Source: an uncultured Candidatus Rokubacteria bacterium (GTDB taxonomy: Bacteria; Methylomirabilota; Methylomirabilia; Rokubacteriales; DASRDR01). Taken from it: a stretch of 64,000 nucleotides of DNA. Positions within the stretch are counted from its first letter, which is position 1. Each line of letters begins with the position of its first letter. The DNA lies in contig CAWGVS010000003.1 in NCBI GenBank assembly GCA_963826115.1, forward strand, positions 32,001 to 96,000, read 5' to 3'. Positions 10,014-18,944 of this stretch are shown here, in pieces. The translations under genes and the position numbers were made by a program. The notes under the pieces were generated by a model. That model saw nothing but the letters and a program-made list of their open reading frames with translations. It did not search any database and was not told the origin of the DNA.

Positions 10014-10859
10014 TCAGCCGCCGATCCCGAAGAACCGCCTCGCGTTCTCGTAGAAGATCCACCGGTAGACCTCCATCGGCAGGTCGCGGGCCCACAGTCC
10101 CGTCCGTTCCAGCTCGTAGGGGTACGGGAGGTTCGGGAAGTCGCTCCCGAAGAGGATGCGGTCCTGGTACCGCACCAGGTCGGCATCGCGGACCACGGCG
10201 GCGTCGATGCCGGTGAACGGCAGGGACGCCGCCGTCATCGCCATCGTCGTGTCGAGGTGGAGGCGCGGGTAGCGGTCGAGGAGCTGGAAGGCCAGGCGGG
10301 TCTCGAACGCGCCCATGTGGCAGATCGACGCTCTGAGGTCGGGAAAGCGCTCGAGCACCCGCTCGAAGCGCCCGAGGCCCGTGAACTCGTTCGTGTGGGG
10401 CCCCGTCCCCACGTGGATGACGAGGACGCGGTCGAGGGCGCGCAGGCGCTCGTAGACCGGCAGCATCCGCGGGTCGTCCGGGTGGAACCGCTGGACCTGC
10501 GTGTGGACCTTGAGCCCCGCGAACCCCCACTCGCCGCACGCCTCCTCGACGATCGCCGCCGGGTCGTCGTCGGCGGCGTGGACGGTGCCGAGCGGGATCG
10601 CGTCCGGGAAGCGGGCGGCGGTGTCCCGGATCCAGGCGTTCAGGTCGCGGGCCATTCCCGGCCGGTGCGCGTACGAGAAGAAGGCGAAACGCTCGACGCC
10701 AGCTCCGCGGAGGGCCGCCACCACGTCCTCCGGCTCGGTGGGCCCTCGGAGGTCCCAGCGGGAGTGCTCCTCGAACCACCGCCGGATGGCGGCGAAGAGC
10801 CGCGGCGGGTGGAGATGCGTGTGGGCGTCGATGTAGCGGAAGCCGGCGGGGGGCTCCAT
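10014..10859 (-). CDS. Amidohydrolase_2 family metallohydrolase
   Basis: IDAHTH, GLKVH, IHVG, CHMG, ILFGSDFP, ENARRFF. Confidence 0.88.
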   Translation of the reverse strand: MEPPAGFRYIDAHTHLHPPRLFAAIRRWFEEHSRWDLRGPTEPEDVVAALRGAGVERFAFFSYAHRPGMARDLNAWIRDTAARFPDAIPLGTVHAADDDPAAIVEEACGEWGFAGLKVHTQVQRFHPDDPRMLPVYERLRALDRVLVIHVGTGPHTNEFTGLGRFERVLERFPDLRASICHMGAFETRLAFQLLDRYPRLHLDTTMAMTAASLPFTGIDAAVVRDADLVRYQDRILFGSDFPNLPYPYELERTGLWARDLPMEVYRWIFYENARRFFGIGG

Positions 10860-10863
10860 GCCG

Positions 10864-11751
10864 CTACGCGGACCGGACCGGCGCGGCCCGGTGGACCACC
10901 CAGTCAGCCGGCAACCCCGGGACGGCCACGCGCACCTCGCCCGTCCGGGCGAGCGCCGCGACCGCACGGCGCACGTCCTCGACGGGAACGCCGAACAGGC
11001 GAGCCATCCCGCGGGGCGTCCCCCACGTGGCGCCGCCCAGGTAGCGCTCGACCAGGCGGCGGACCGCCGCCGGGCGGCCGAGGCGGCGGCCCTCGCGAAC
11101 CCCGTCGGGCAGCCACGCCTCGACCAGGTCCCACCGGTACGAGAACGAGGGGTCGTAGCGCTCCTCGGTCTTGACCACGAAGAGCCCCTGCTGGAGCTCC
11201 GCCACCGCCCGCTCGAAGCCGCGCGTCGAGCCCGGGTCCAGCATGAGCGTCTCCGCGCGCCACTCCCGGGTGTAGAGCGGGTGCCGGCGGATCAGCACGT
11301 CCATGAGGCGCTTGGCTCCGTGCGACAGGCGCCCCGCCTCGTACTCCGCGCGGTAGTCGCGGGCTCGCTGCCGGCCCCGGACGAGCGCGTAGAACGCCGG
11401 GAAGAGGTCGAGCGCCACCAGCACCGGCCGGCCCTTCAGCAGCTTGCCGTAGTAGACCGCCCGACGGGCGGGCAGGCGGTCCTTCAGCTCCCAGGTGAGG
11501 CCCACGCCGGCGTCGTGGTGCGACCGCCGCGGCCACCGGGGATCGCGCCGCCCGACGACGGCCTCCCAGAGGCAAGCCAGGCCGTCGGGAAAGCGGTAGA
11601 AGGTCGAGCAGACGCCGACCTCCTGGACGAAGGCGAGGGCGTCCCGCTCGCTCCGGACGCGGCGCGCGGCGACGCGACGGAAGGCGCGGTCGCGCGCCTG
11701 CTCGAGGCGCTGGCGGTCGGGGGTCTCGGTCACCGCGGTCGGCGCGGCCAC
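10864..11751 (-). CDS. AlkZ/YcaQ-related winged-helix protein (putative DNA cross-link repair)
   Basis: TWELKDRLPA..VYYGKLLKG, FERAVAELQQGLFV, YRWDL resemble AlkZ-related proteins. Recognised from memory only. Confidence 0.6.
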   Translation of the reverse strand: MAAPTAVTETPDRQRLEQARDRAFRRVAARRVRSERDALAFVQEVGVCSTFYRFPDGLACLWEAVVGRRDPRWPRRSHHDAGVGLTWELKDRLPARRAVYYGKLLKGRPVLVALDLFPAFYALVRGRQRARDYRAEYEAGRLSHGAKRLMDVLIRRHPLYTREWRAETLMLDPGSTRGFERAVAELQQGLFVVKTEERYDPSFSYRWDLVEAWLPDGVREGRRLGRPAAVRRLVERYLGGATWGTPRGMARLFGVPVEDVRRAVAALARTGEVRVAVPGLPADWVVHRAAPVRSA

Positions 11752-11764
11752 GCGCCCGCGGGGC

Positions 11765-12652
11765 TCAGTCGAAGACGAGCCCGTGCTCGCCGACCCGGTA
11801 CTCGACGATCTCGTCGCTCATGGCGCTGCCGCGGTGCTTGGCCACGGAGACGAAGCGGCCGACGCGAAGCCCGATCTTCTCGCGCCCGAGCAGGAGCACG
11901 GTGTTGGCCACGGCCCCGATGTCGCCCGCCGTCACCTTGCGCGAGATGAGGTCCTCGAGCCGGGTCTCCTCGGTCGTGACCAGCAGCAGCGTCGTGATCG
12001 ACGCGTGGTCGTAGCGATGGCCCTCGATGAAGGCCCGGTGCTGCCAGACGGGCAGGCAGATCTCCATGCCCAGCGTCTCGGCGTCGCGGTGGATGATCTT
12101 CCGGTAGAGATCGTCCACGATGTGCGCCTGGATCGAGTCGTCGCTGTCGCGCGGCTCGATGCCGTCCACGACGACGCGCCGCGAGCCGTTCGCGAAGTGG
12201 AAGTAGAAGAAGGGACGCGCGGTGTAGAGGGCGCGCGCGTACGTCGCCTTCCAGTTCCAGTCGAACTCCCGGCCGTCGGGCGTGGCGACCTGGTAGTCGG
12301 TCCGCCGACCGACCCAGGGGAAGACGTCGAGGTAGTGGGCGTCCAGCTCGCCGGTCGGGGGATACGGGTCGGCCATCGGCATGACGGTGTGGCTCCAGCG
12401 CCGGAGCGGCCAGTCGTAGAGGCGCTCGGCGTAAGGCCCGTGCTGCTGTGAGTCGCCGCGGGCGTTCATGTCGACGATGAGCCCCGGCGCCCTGTCCGCC
12501 ACGCGGCCGTGGTGAGCGAAGGTGAGCCCGAGATGCGTCTTCCCGATGCCGGTGGCGCCGTAGACGACGGTCATAGTGCCCGGCAGGAGGCCGCCGCCGA
12601 GCATCGCGTCGAGACGCGGCAGACCCGTGGAGACGCGCGCCGGCGAGGTCAC
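11765..12652 (-). CDS. RecA-superfamily ATPase (single-domain RAD55/KaiC-like)
   Basis: STGLPRLDAMLGGGLLPG, Walker A GATGIGKT, Walker B RVVVDG, KHRGS. Confidence 0.85.
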   Translation of the reverse strand: MTSPARVSTGLPRLDAMLGGGLLPGTMTVVYGATGIGKTHLGLTFAHHGRVADRAPGLIVDMNARGDSQQHGPYAERLYDWPLRRWSHTVMPMADPYPPTGELDAHYLDVFPWVGRRTDYQVATPDGREFDWNWKATYARALYTARPFFYFHFANGSRRVVVDGIEPRDSDDSIQAHIVDDLYRKIIHRDAETLGMEICLPVWQHRAFIEGHRYDHASITTLLLVTTEETRLEDLISRKVTAGDIGAVANTVLLLGREKIGLRVGRFVSVAKHRGSAMSDEIVEYRVGEHGLVFD

Positions 12653-13141
12653 GAGGTCGAAGGATACGGACCCGCTCCGGGCGCGTCAACCGCGGCCGCC
12701 GCACGGGCACCGCGCGCACCCCGGCGGCGCGCGCTGCGCCCGACGCGCTACACCGCGAGGAGCGACAGCGCGAGCGCCCACAGCGCGAAGGCGCCGGCGC
12801 CCGCCACCGCCGCGCTCACGTCGCGAAGCGGGAGCACGGTCGCAATCCTTGTCACGTGTTGAGTCACGGTGGACCAAAAAAAAGCGGCCGGCGCCAGGCT
12901 CGTAGTCGACGCCCGCGCGCTCTCGACGCGGCCTCGTCCGACCGCCGCGCGGCCTCGCGGCGCCCGCGGCCCGGCCGCCGCCACACCCGAGCGCAGCCGG
13001 GCGGCGTGACCGGACGGCCACGTCTTCGTCACGATCGCGCGAGCTCCCCCGCCCGCTCGAACTCGTCGGCTCGCCGTGCCCGGACCGCGGCGGCAGACCG
13101 CGTCGGCGCGCGCGGCGGGAGCGCTGGTGCTGCGGACCCGC

Positions 13142-13762
13142 TCAGAAGCCACGGACGAGCCCCACGACCTTGCCGAGGATCCGCAGGTCCTTCTCGCCTT
13201 CCCGGACGACGATCGGCGCCATGGTCGGATGCTCCGGCCGGAGGAAGACGGCGTGGGCGTCGCGCGCGAAGCGCTTGACCGTCGCCTCCCCGTCGACCAG
13301 CGCGACGACGATGTCGCCGGGCTGGGCATGGTCCTGCCGGCGCACGAGGACGAGGTCGCCCTCGACGATGTGCGCGTTGATCATGCTCTCCCCGTGCACG
13401 CGGAGGCTGAACACGTCCTCGCTGCGCCCGCCGAGCCAGGTCGGATCGAGCGGGAGGGCGCCGTCGCGGTTCTCCTCAGCCAGGAGAGGCGCGCCCGCGG
13501 CGATGCGGCCGAGGATCGGGATCTCACGGGTCGTCCGGGGCGGCACGGCCAGGGTGAGCGCCCGCGACGTCCGCCCCTCGCTCGTCCGCCGGCGGAGGAA
13601 CCCCTTCCGCTCGAGCGCCCGGAGGTGGTCGAAGGCCGCGCGCGGCGTCACGTGGAAGCGGCCGCCGATCTCGCGCACGGTCGGCGGGACGCCGTGCTCC
13701 TCGGTGAAGGCCTGGATGAAGTCGAGCACCTGTCGCTGGCGGTCGGTCAGTCGCGGGTCCAT
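13142..13762 (-). CDS. lexA: SOS repressor LexA
   Basis: LTDRQRQVLDFI, PPTVREIG, HLRALERKG, cleavage site IAAG, GESM (catalytic Ser), ATVKR (catalytic Lys). SD GGAGG. Confidence 0.97.
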   Translation of the reverse strand: MDPRLTDRQRQVLDFIQAFTEEHGVPPTVREIGGRFHVTPRAAFDHLRALERKGFLRRRTSEGRTSRALTLAVPPRTTREIPILGRIAAGAPLLAEENRDGALPLDPTWLGGRSEDVFSLRVHGESMINAHIVEGDLVLVRRQDHAQPGDIVVALVDGEATVKRFARDAHAVFLRPEHPTMAPIVVREGEKDLRILGKVVGLVRGF

Positions 13763-13781
13763 GGGTGTTCCTCCCGCCAGG

Positions 13782-13811
13782 AGTCTAGTCAACACCCGTT
13801 GAGGCAGTCAA
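13782..13811 (-). promoter_or_regulatory. sigma70 promoter of lexA overlapped by a TCAAC-N4-GTTGA palindrome (candidate SOS box)
   Basis: Minus strand TTGACT-N18-TAGACT. Palindrome at 13789-13802 lies within the spacer. Confidence 0.7.
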
Positions 13812-13828
13812 CCAAAAAAAGAGGGGGG

Positions 13829-14350
13829 TCAGGAGGCGACGGCGACCTCCTTGGGGTCGCAGGCCGGGCACGGCTGGAGCCCATGGTCCCACCCTTCCCC
13901 GACGGTCTTGACGGGGATCCGCTCGCTGGCGGGCACCCGGGCCCGCCAGGCGCACTCGCGCCGATGGAGGAGTCGCCCGCCCCGGCTGGTCCAGTAGGGC
14001 TCCAGGAGGTCGTCGGCGGCCGGCCCCTCGGTCGCGGTGCTCCCCGCCACGGCCGACTCCGTTGCGGCGGGCTGCCCGTCGGCCGTCGCGACATGGCCGT
14101 CCGCGGTGTCCGTGGCCGCGACGCTCGCCGACGCAGGCTCGAGGGGCGAGGTCGACGTGGGCGAGATGTCGTGGTCCGTGTTGAGCTGGAGGTTCTGCTC
14201 GACGGTCGAGCGGAACTCGTCGCTCGCCCGGCGGAACTCCCGCATGGCGCGGCCGAGCCGCCGCCCGAGGTCGGGCAGCTTGTCCGGCCCGAAGATGAGG
14301 AGGGCCAGGACCATGATGACGAGGAGCTCCTGGATGCCGATGTCCAGCAT
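13829..14350 (-). CDS. tatB: TatB/TatA-family translocase subunit with C-terminal Ada-like Zn-binding module
   Basis: [42 protein letters not shown]-terminus [15 protein letters not shown]. Confidence 0.82.
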   Translation of the reverse strand: MLDIGIQELLVIMVLALLIFGPDKLPDLGRRLGRAMREFRRASDEFRSTVEQNLQLNTDHDISPTSTSPLEPASASVAATDTADGHVATADGQPAATESAVAGSTATEGPAADDLLEPYWTSRGGRLLHRRECAWRARVPASERIPVKTVGEGWDHGLQPCPACDPKEVAVAS

Positions 14351-14364
14351 GGACTGGGCGAATC

Positions 14365-15264
14365 CTACACGATGGGGCGGACCCGCGCATCCGCCTTTCG
14401 CCCCTCGGACTCCATCGCGCGGTGGAGGAGAATGAGCACCGCGAGCAAGAACATGTGACTTCCCGACCACATCACGCCGCCCCCGAACGACTGATCCTCG
14501 ACGGCGCTCAGGTCCGCGAGGAGCCGGGGCGCGGCGGCGTAGGACGGGTAGAACACCCGCTCCGCGAGCCCGAGGACCGCGCCCAGGAGGGTGTTCTGGG
14601 CGGTGGCGAGGATGAGGTACCCGATGCGGGCGCCGTACATCACCCCGGTCGTCAGGCGGTGGAACCGAGGCGCGGGGTTGATGATCGGCCACCAGAAGAG
14701 GACCGCGGTGCCGAAGAAGGTCAGGTGCTCGATGTCGTGTAGCCACGGGTGGCGGAGGGCGGCCTCGTAGGCCCGCGGGTAGTGCCATCCCCAGAGCGTC
14801 ACCGTGTAGAGCGCGCCCGCCACGGGCATCCAGGTGAGCGTGCCGAGGACGCGTCGGACCCGACCGGGACGGGAGACGAGCGCGCCCAGCCGTCGGCGGG
14901 CCCCGGGCGAGAGGCCCCAGAGCACGAAGGGGAACGGCGCGGCCAGGAGGATGAGGGGCGGCGCCACCATCATCAGCAGCTGGTGCTGGACCATGTGCGC
15001 GGTGAAGGACAGCTCGGCGAGGACCTCGACCGGTGAGCAGAGCGCGATCACCACGCTCAGGAGGCCGAGCAAGTAGGCCGCGAGCTTCCATCCCGGCGCC
15101 GCCCCGCGCGCCCGCGGCGCCTGGCGGAGGCGCCACCAGCCGCGCACGTAGAGCGTCGCGAGACCGCCCACCACCAGGAGGACGAGCGGGCGCCAGCTCC
15201 AGGCGCCGCCGACGCGCAGGAGGAGCTCGCCCAGCCCTCCGGTCGCCGCGACCGCCGGTGTCAT
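14365..15264 (-). CDS. ctaG: Cytochrome c oxidase caa3 assembly factor (CtaG family)
   Basis: [44 protein letters not shown]. Confidence 0.88.
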   Translation of the reverse strand: MTPAVAATGGLGELLLRVGGAWSWRPLVLLVVGGLATLYVRGWWRLRQAPRARGAAPGWKLAAYLLGLLSVVIALCSPVEVLAELSFTAHMVQHQLLMMVAPPLILLAAPFPFVLWGLSPGARRRLGALVSRPGRVRRVLGTLTWMPVAGALYTVTLWGWHYPRAYEAALRHPWLHDIEHLTFFGTAVLFWWPIINPAPRFHRLTTGVMYGARIGYLILATAQNTLLGAVLGLAERVFYPSYAAAPRLLADLSAVEDQSFGGGVMWSGSHMFLLAVLILLHRAMESEGRKADARVRPIV

Positions 15265-15271
15265 GAGGATT

Positions 15272-15835
15272 TCAGGCGCCTGGCGCCGACAGGAGCTCGC
15301 CCAGGTAGGCCCGGGCGTCCGGCCCTACCCAGTCGCGGATCCCGAGGATGGTCCCGACGACCATGCCGCGCCGGTCCACCAGGAACGTCACGGGCAGGCC
15401 GCGCACCTGGAGCTGTTCCGCCGCCTTGCCCCGGGCGTCCAGGAGCATCGGAAATCCGAGGCCGTGCTCCCGCACGAACTCCTGGATCTCGCCCTTCGAC
15501 TCCTTGAAGTTCACGCCCACGACGGCGAGCCCCTTGGGGCCAAGCTCGCGGGCGAGCGTCTCGAGCGCCGGCATCTCGTCGCGACACGGCACGCACCACG
15601 TCGCCCAGAAGTTGAGCAGCACCACGCGTCCCCGGAAGTCCTGGAGGCGGACCGGCCGGCCGGTCACGTCCGGCAGCTCGAGGTCCGACGCCGCGATCGG
15701 CGCGGCCGGGCGGCTCACCGGAAACTGGGTCGCGCGGCCGGCGGGCGCGGCGCGGCTCCAGTAGGCCGCGGCGCCGACCGCGGCGCCCAGGAGCGCGACG
15801 GCGGCCGACAGCTCGAGCCACTGAGCGCGCGTCAT
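15272..15835 (-). CDS. TlpA/ResA-family thiol-disulfide oxidoreductase
   Basis: N-terminal anchor, LLNFWATWCVPCRDEMP, GLPVTFLVD. Confidence 0.92.
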   Translation of the reverse strand: MTRAQWLELSAAVALLGAAVGAAAYWSRAAPAGRATQFPVSRPAAPIAASDLELPDVTGRPVRLQDFRGRVVLLNFWATWCVPCRDEMPALETLARELGPKGLAVVGVNFKESKGEIQEFVREHGLGFPMLLDARGKAAEQLQVRGLPVTFLVDRRGMVVGTILGIRDWVGPDARAYLGELLSAPGA

Positions 15836-15861
15836 CCGAGGGCCGTCCGTCGCATGCTCGG

Positions 15862-17547
15862 ATGATAGACCCGGCCCGGGAGCGGGACAACGACGCGGCC
15901 ATTCACGGGCCGGCGCGCGCTTCTGATACCCTTCGTCGGGTGGCGGACCTGCTCGACCGCCGGCCGGCCTGGATCGTCCCGGCCGCTCTCTGCGGTCTCG
16001 GCGCACTCCTCCGGCTCTGGCAGTACGCGGCGGGCGCGTCCCTGTGGGCCGACGAGGCCAACCTCGCCCTGAACATCGTCGAGCGGTCCGCCGGCCGGCT
16101 CCTCGGTCCCCTCGACTACCGCCAGATCGCGCCGCCGGGGTGGCTCCTCGTCCAGAAGGCGGTCGTCACGCTCTTGGGCGACGGCGAGCACGCGCTCCGG
16201 CTCGTGCCCTTCGTCGGGAGCCTGGTGGCGCTGCCGCTCAGCTGGCATGTCGCGCGGCGGGCGCTGCCGCCGGGCCTCGCGCCGCCCCTCGCGCTCGGGC
16301 TCGTCGCGACCGGGCTCCCCTTCATCGTCTACGCAGCCCAGGTGAAGCCCTACTCGACCGACGTGGCGGTGGCGCTCGGCCTCCTCGCGCTCGCGCTGGC
16401 GGTCAGCCTCCGCGGGGCCAGCCCGGGCCGCGTTCTCGCGCTGGGCGCCGCCGGCGCCCTCGCCCCGTGGGTGTCGTATCCCGCCGTGCTGGTGAACGGC
16501 GGCCTCCTGATCGCGCTGTCGGCCCCAGTGCTCCTCCGGCGCGATCGCGCGAGCCTCCGACGGCTCGGCCTCGTGGCGCTCGCGTGGGCGGCGAGCGGCG
16601 CGGCCGCCCTCGCCTGGGCGCGCGGCACCGTGACGCCGGAGGACACGCTCTACCTCCAGCGGTTCTGGGCCCGCGACTTCATGCCGCTGCCACCGCGGGA
16701 GCTCTGGGATCTGGGCTGGCCGATCGCCCGGCTGACCACGGTGTATGGGGGCGGTGGCCTCCGGTATCCGGCGCCGGGATTCTTCCTGGTCCTGGGCGCG
16801 CTCGGCGCGTGGGGACTCTGGCGGGGCGCGCCCGCTCGCGCGTGGCTCTTGCTCGGCCCCATCCTCGCGACGCTCGGCGCCGCGACGCTCGGCGCCTACC
16901 CGTTCGAGCCTCGCGTCGTGCTGTTCCTCTTCCCGTCCTTCCTCATGCTCACGGCGGCCGGCCCCGATGGCCTGGCCCGCCTCGTCGGACGCTCGCCGGG
17001 TCGCGTCGCCGCCCTGACGGCGACCGCGTGCGCCGCGCTCGCCCTCGTCGGCCTCGGGCGGAGCCACCTGCCCTACGCGCCGGAGCCGCTCGCGCCGGTG
17101 CTCCAGGCGATGCGCCGCGCGTGGCAGCCCGGCGACCGCGCGTACGTCTACTACGGGGGCGAGAAGGCCTTCGTCTACTACGCGCGGCGGCTCGGGATCG
17201 CGCCCGGGGACTACGTGCTCGGTCGCTGCGCGCGCGAGGATCCGCGCGCGTATCTCAGGGAGCTGGACCTGTTTCGCGGGGGGCGGCGGGTCTGGGTCGT
17301 GGTGACCCACGCGGTGCCGGAGGAGACGGCGGCCATCGGCGACTACCTGGACCGCATCGGAACGCGACGCGAGTCGTTCGAGGCGGGCCGCGTCCCCGGA
17401 GGGCGCCGGGCCGACCGCGCCCGCGCCGAGCTCTACGACCTATCCGACCCGACGCGGCTGGCGGCGGCCACGGCGGAGACGTTCCCGATGCCACCTCCCG
17501 CCGACGGCGGCCAGGGAGCGGCCTGGTCCTGCCACCCCGGCGCGTGA
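15862..17547 (+). CDS. Multi-TM GT-C fold glycosyltransferase (GT39/ArnT-like)
   Basis: SLWADEA, QIAPPGW, EHALRL, YAAQVKPY, many TMs. Start may be GTG near 15940. Confidence 0.7.
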   Translation: MIDPARERDNDAAIHGPARASDTLRRVADLLDRRPAWIVPAALCGLGALLRLWQYAAGASLWADEANLALNIVERSAGRLLGPLDYRQIAPPGWLLVQKAVVTLLGDGEHALRLVPFVGSLVALPLSWHVARRALPPGLAPPLALGLVATGLPFIVYAAQVKPYSTDVAVALGLLALALAVSLRGASPGRVLALGAAGALAPWVSYPAVLVNGGLLIALSAPVLLRRDRASLRRLGLVALAWAASGAAALAWARGTVTPEDTLYLQRFWARDFMPLPPRELWDLGWPIARLTTVYGGGGLRYPAPGFFLVLGALGAWGLWRGAPARAWLLLGPILATLGAATLGAYPFEPRVVLFLFPSFLMLTAAGPDGLARLVGRSPGRVAALTATACAALALVGLGRSHLPYAPEPLAPVLQAMRRAWQPGDRAYVYYGGEKAFVYYARRLGIAPGDYVLGRCAREDPRAYLRELDLFRGGRRVWVVVTHAVPEETAAIGDYLDRIGTRRESFEAGRVPGGRRADRARAELYDLSDPTRLAAATAETFPMPPPADGGQGAAWSCHPGA

Positions 17548-17554
17548 GCGCCGC

Positions 17555-18844
17555 TCACCAGACCCGCATCGAGCTCCGGACGATGGCGTCGAGGTCCCGG
17601 GGGCCCACGTCGCGCGGCGTGTTGGCGAGGAGCCGGGGCTGCTGGAGCGTCCCGTCGACCAGGGCCCCCGCGTCGCCCTCCGTGTAGCCCACTGCCGCCA
17701 GCCCGTTCGGGATGCCGATGTCGCGCATGAGCGCGACGAGCGCCCGGGGCAAGGCCTCTGGCCGCGCCGCCTCGTCGAGGTCTCGCACGGGCACGCCGAG
17801 GAGCTCCGCGGCCCGGAGGTGACGCTCCGGCGCCGTCGGATAGGTGAACCGGAACGCCGCGGGTGCCGTGAGGATCACCGACATGCCGTGCGGGACGAGC
17901 GGGTGCCCGCTCGGATACCCGGCCGGCCGGAAGTCCCGAACGAGCCCCGCGACCGGGTACGCGACCGCGTGCGGAATGTGGACTCCGGCGTTCCCGAACC
18001 CGATCCCCGCGTAGTTCGCCGCGAGCGCCAGATTGGTCCGGGCCTCGACGTCCATCCCGTTGAGGACGGCCCGCCGGAGATACCGGCCCACGAGCTCGAT
18101 CGCCTTCTCGCACCACACGTCGCTCGCCGGGTTGGCGCCGATGTAGGCGGGCCGGTCCGGCGGATGGTGCTTGGGGCGGGCGTCGTAGGGTCGCGTCGTG
18201 TAGGACTCGATCGCGTGGGTCAGGATGTCGGCCCCCGCCGCCGCCGTGACCCCGGGCGGCACCGTCAGCGTGTTGAGCGGATCCACCACGCCGAGCGTCG
18301 GACGGAGGAGCCGGTTCGACACGCCCGCCTTCACGTGCTGCGCGACGACGTGCGTCACCAAGACGGCCGTGGTCTCGCTCCCGGTCCCGGCGGTCGTCGG
18401 CATCGCGATGAGCGGCTTCAGCGGGCCCGGGATCGGCGCGCCCCGCCCTACCGGCTTGTTCACGTAGTCGAGGAGCGGCGCCGGGTAGCACGTGAGGAGG
18501 TTCACGGCCTTGCCCGTGTCGATGGCGCTGCCCCCGCCGACCGCGATGTAGCCGTCGACCTCCTTCGTGCGCGCGTATTCCGCGGCCTCCTCCATCGACC
18601 GGTCCGTCGGCTCGACGGCGACGCCGTCGAACACGTCGGCCTTGATGCCCTGCTCGTCCAGGAGCGCGCGCACGCGCTCGGGGAGCCCAAGGGCGGCGAG
18701 ACCCGGGTCGGTCACGATCAGGACCTTCCGGAGCCCGAGGCGCCGCGCGTCGAACCCGATCTCCTCGGTGGCGCCGAGACCGAACTTGATCGGCGACATC
18801 TCCATCACGAACACGGTCTCGGTCGGCAGCGTGACGCCCTTCAT
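17555..18844 (-). CDS. Hydroxyacid-oxoacid transhydrogenase (Fe-ADH family)
   Basis: EPTDRS, VGGGSAIDTGKA, PTTAGTGSETT, HAIESYT, GFGNAGVHIPH, VPHGMSV. TATAAT upstream at 18882-18887 (minus strand). Confidence 0.9.
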   Translation of the reverse strand: MKGVTLPTETVFVMEMSPIKFGLGATEEIGFDARRLGLRKVLIVTDPGLAALGLPERVRALLDEQGIKADVFDGVAVEPTDRSMEEAAEYARTKEVDGYIAVGGGSAIDTGKAVNLLTCYPAPLLDYVNKPVGRGAPIPGPLKPLIAMPTTAGTGSETTAVLVTHVVAQHVKAGVSNRLLRPTLGVVDPLNTLTVPPGVTAAAGADILTHAIESYTTRPYDARPKHHPPDRPAYIGANPASDVWCEKAIELVGRYLRRAVLNGMDVEARTNLALAANYAGIGFGNAGVHIPHAVAYPVAGLVRDFRPAGYPSGHPLVPHGMSVILTAPAAFRFTYPTAPERHLRAAELLGVPVRDLDEAARPEALPRALVALMRDIGIPNGLAAVGYTEGDAGALVDGTLQQPRLLANTPRDVGPRDLDAIVRSSMRVW

Positions 18845-18944
18845 GGCGATCCCCCCGGCGCGGTATGCTTCCGCACGCGGATTATAGCGCCGCCCTGACG
18901 CGCGGCGCGGGAGGAACGGATGGGCGTCCGGCCCGGTTCGCAGG

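Noticed and set aside
11765-12652. Circadian clock KaiC or RecA
   Set aside because: Single domain, no kaiA or kaiB, and no RecA signature motifs.
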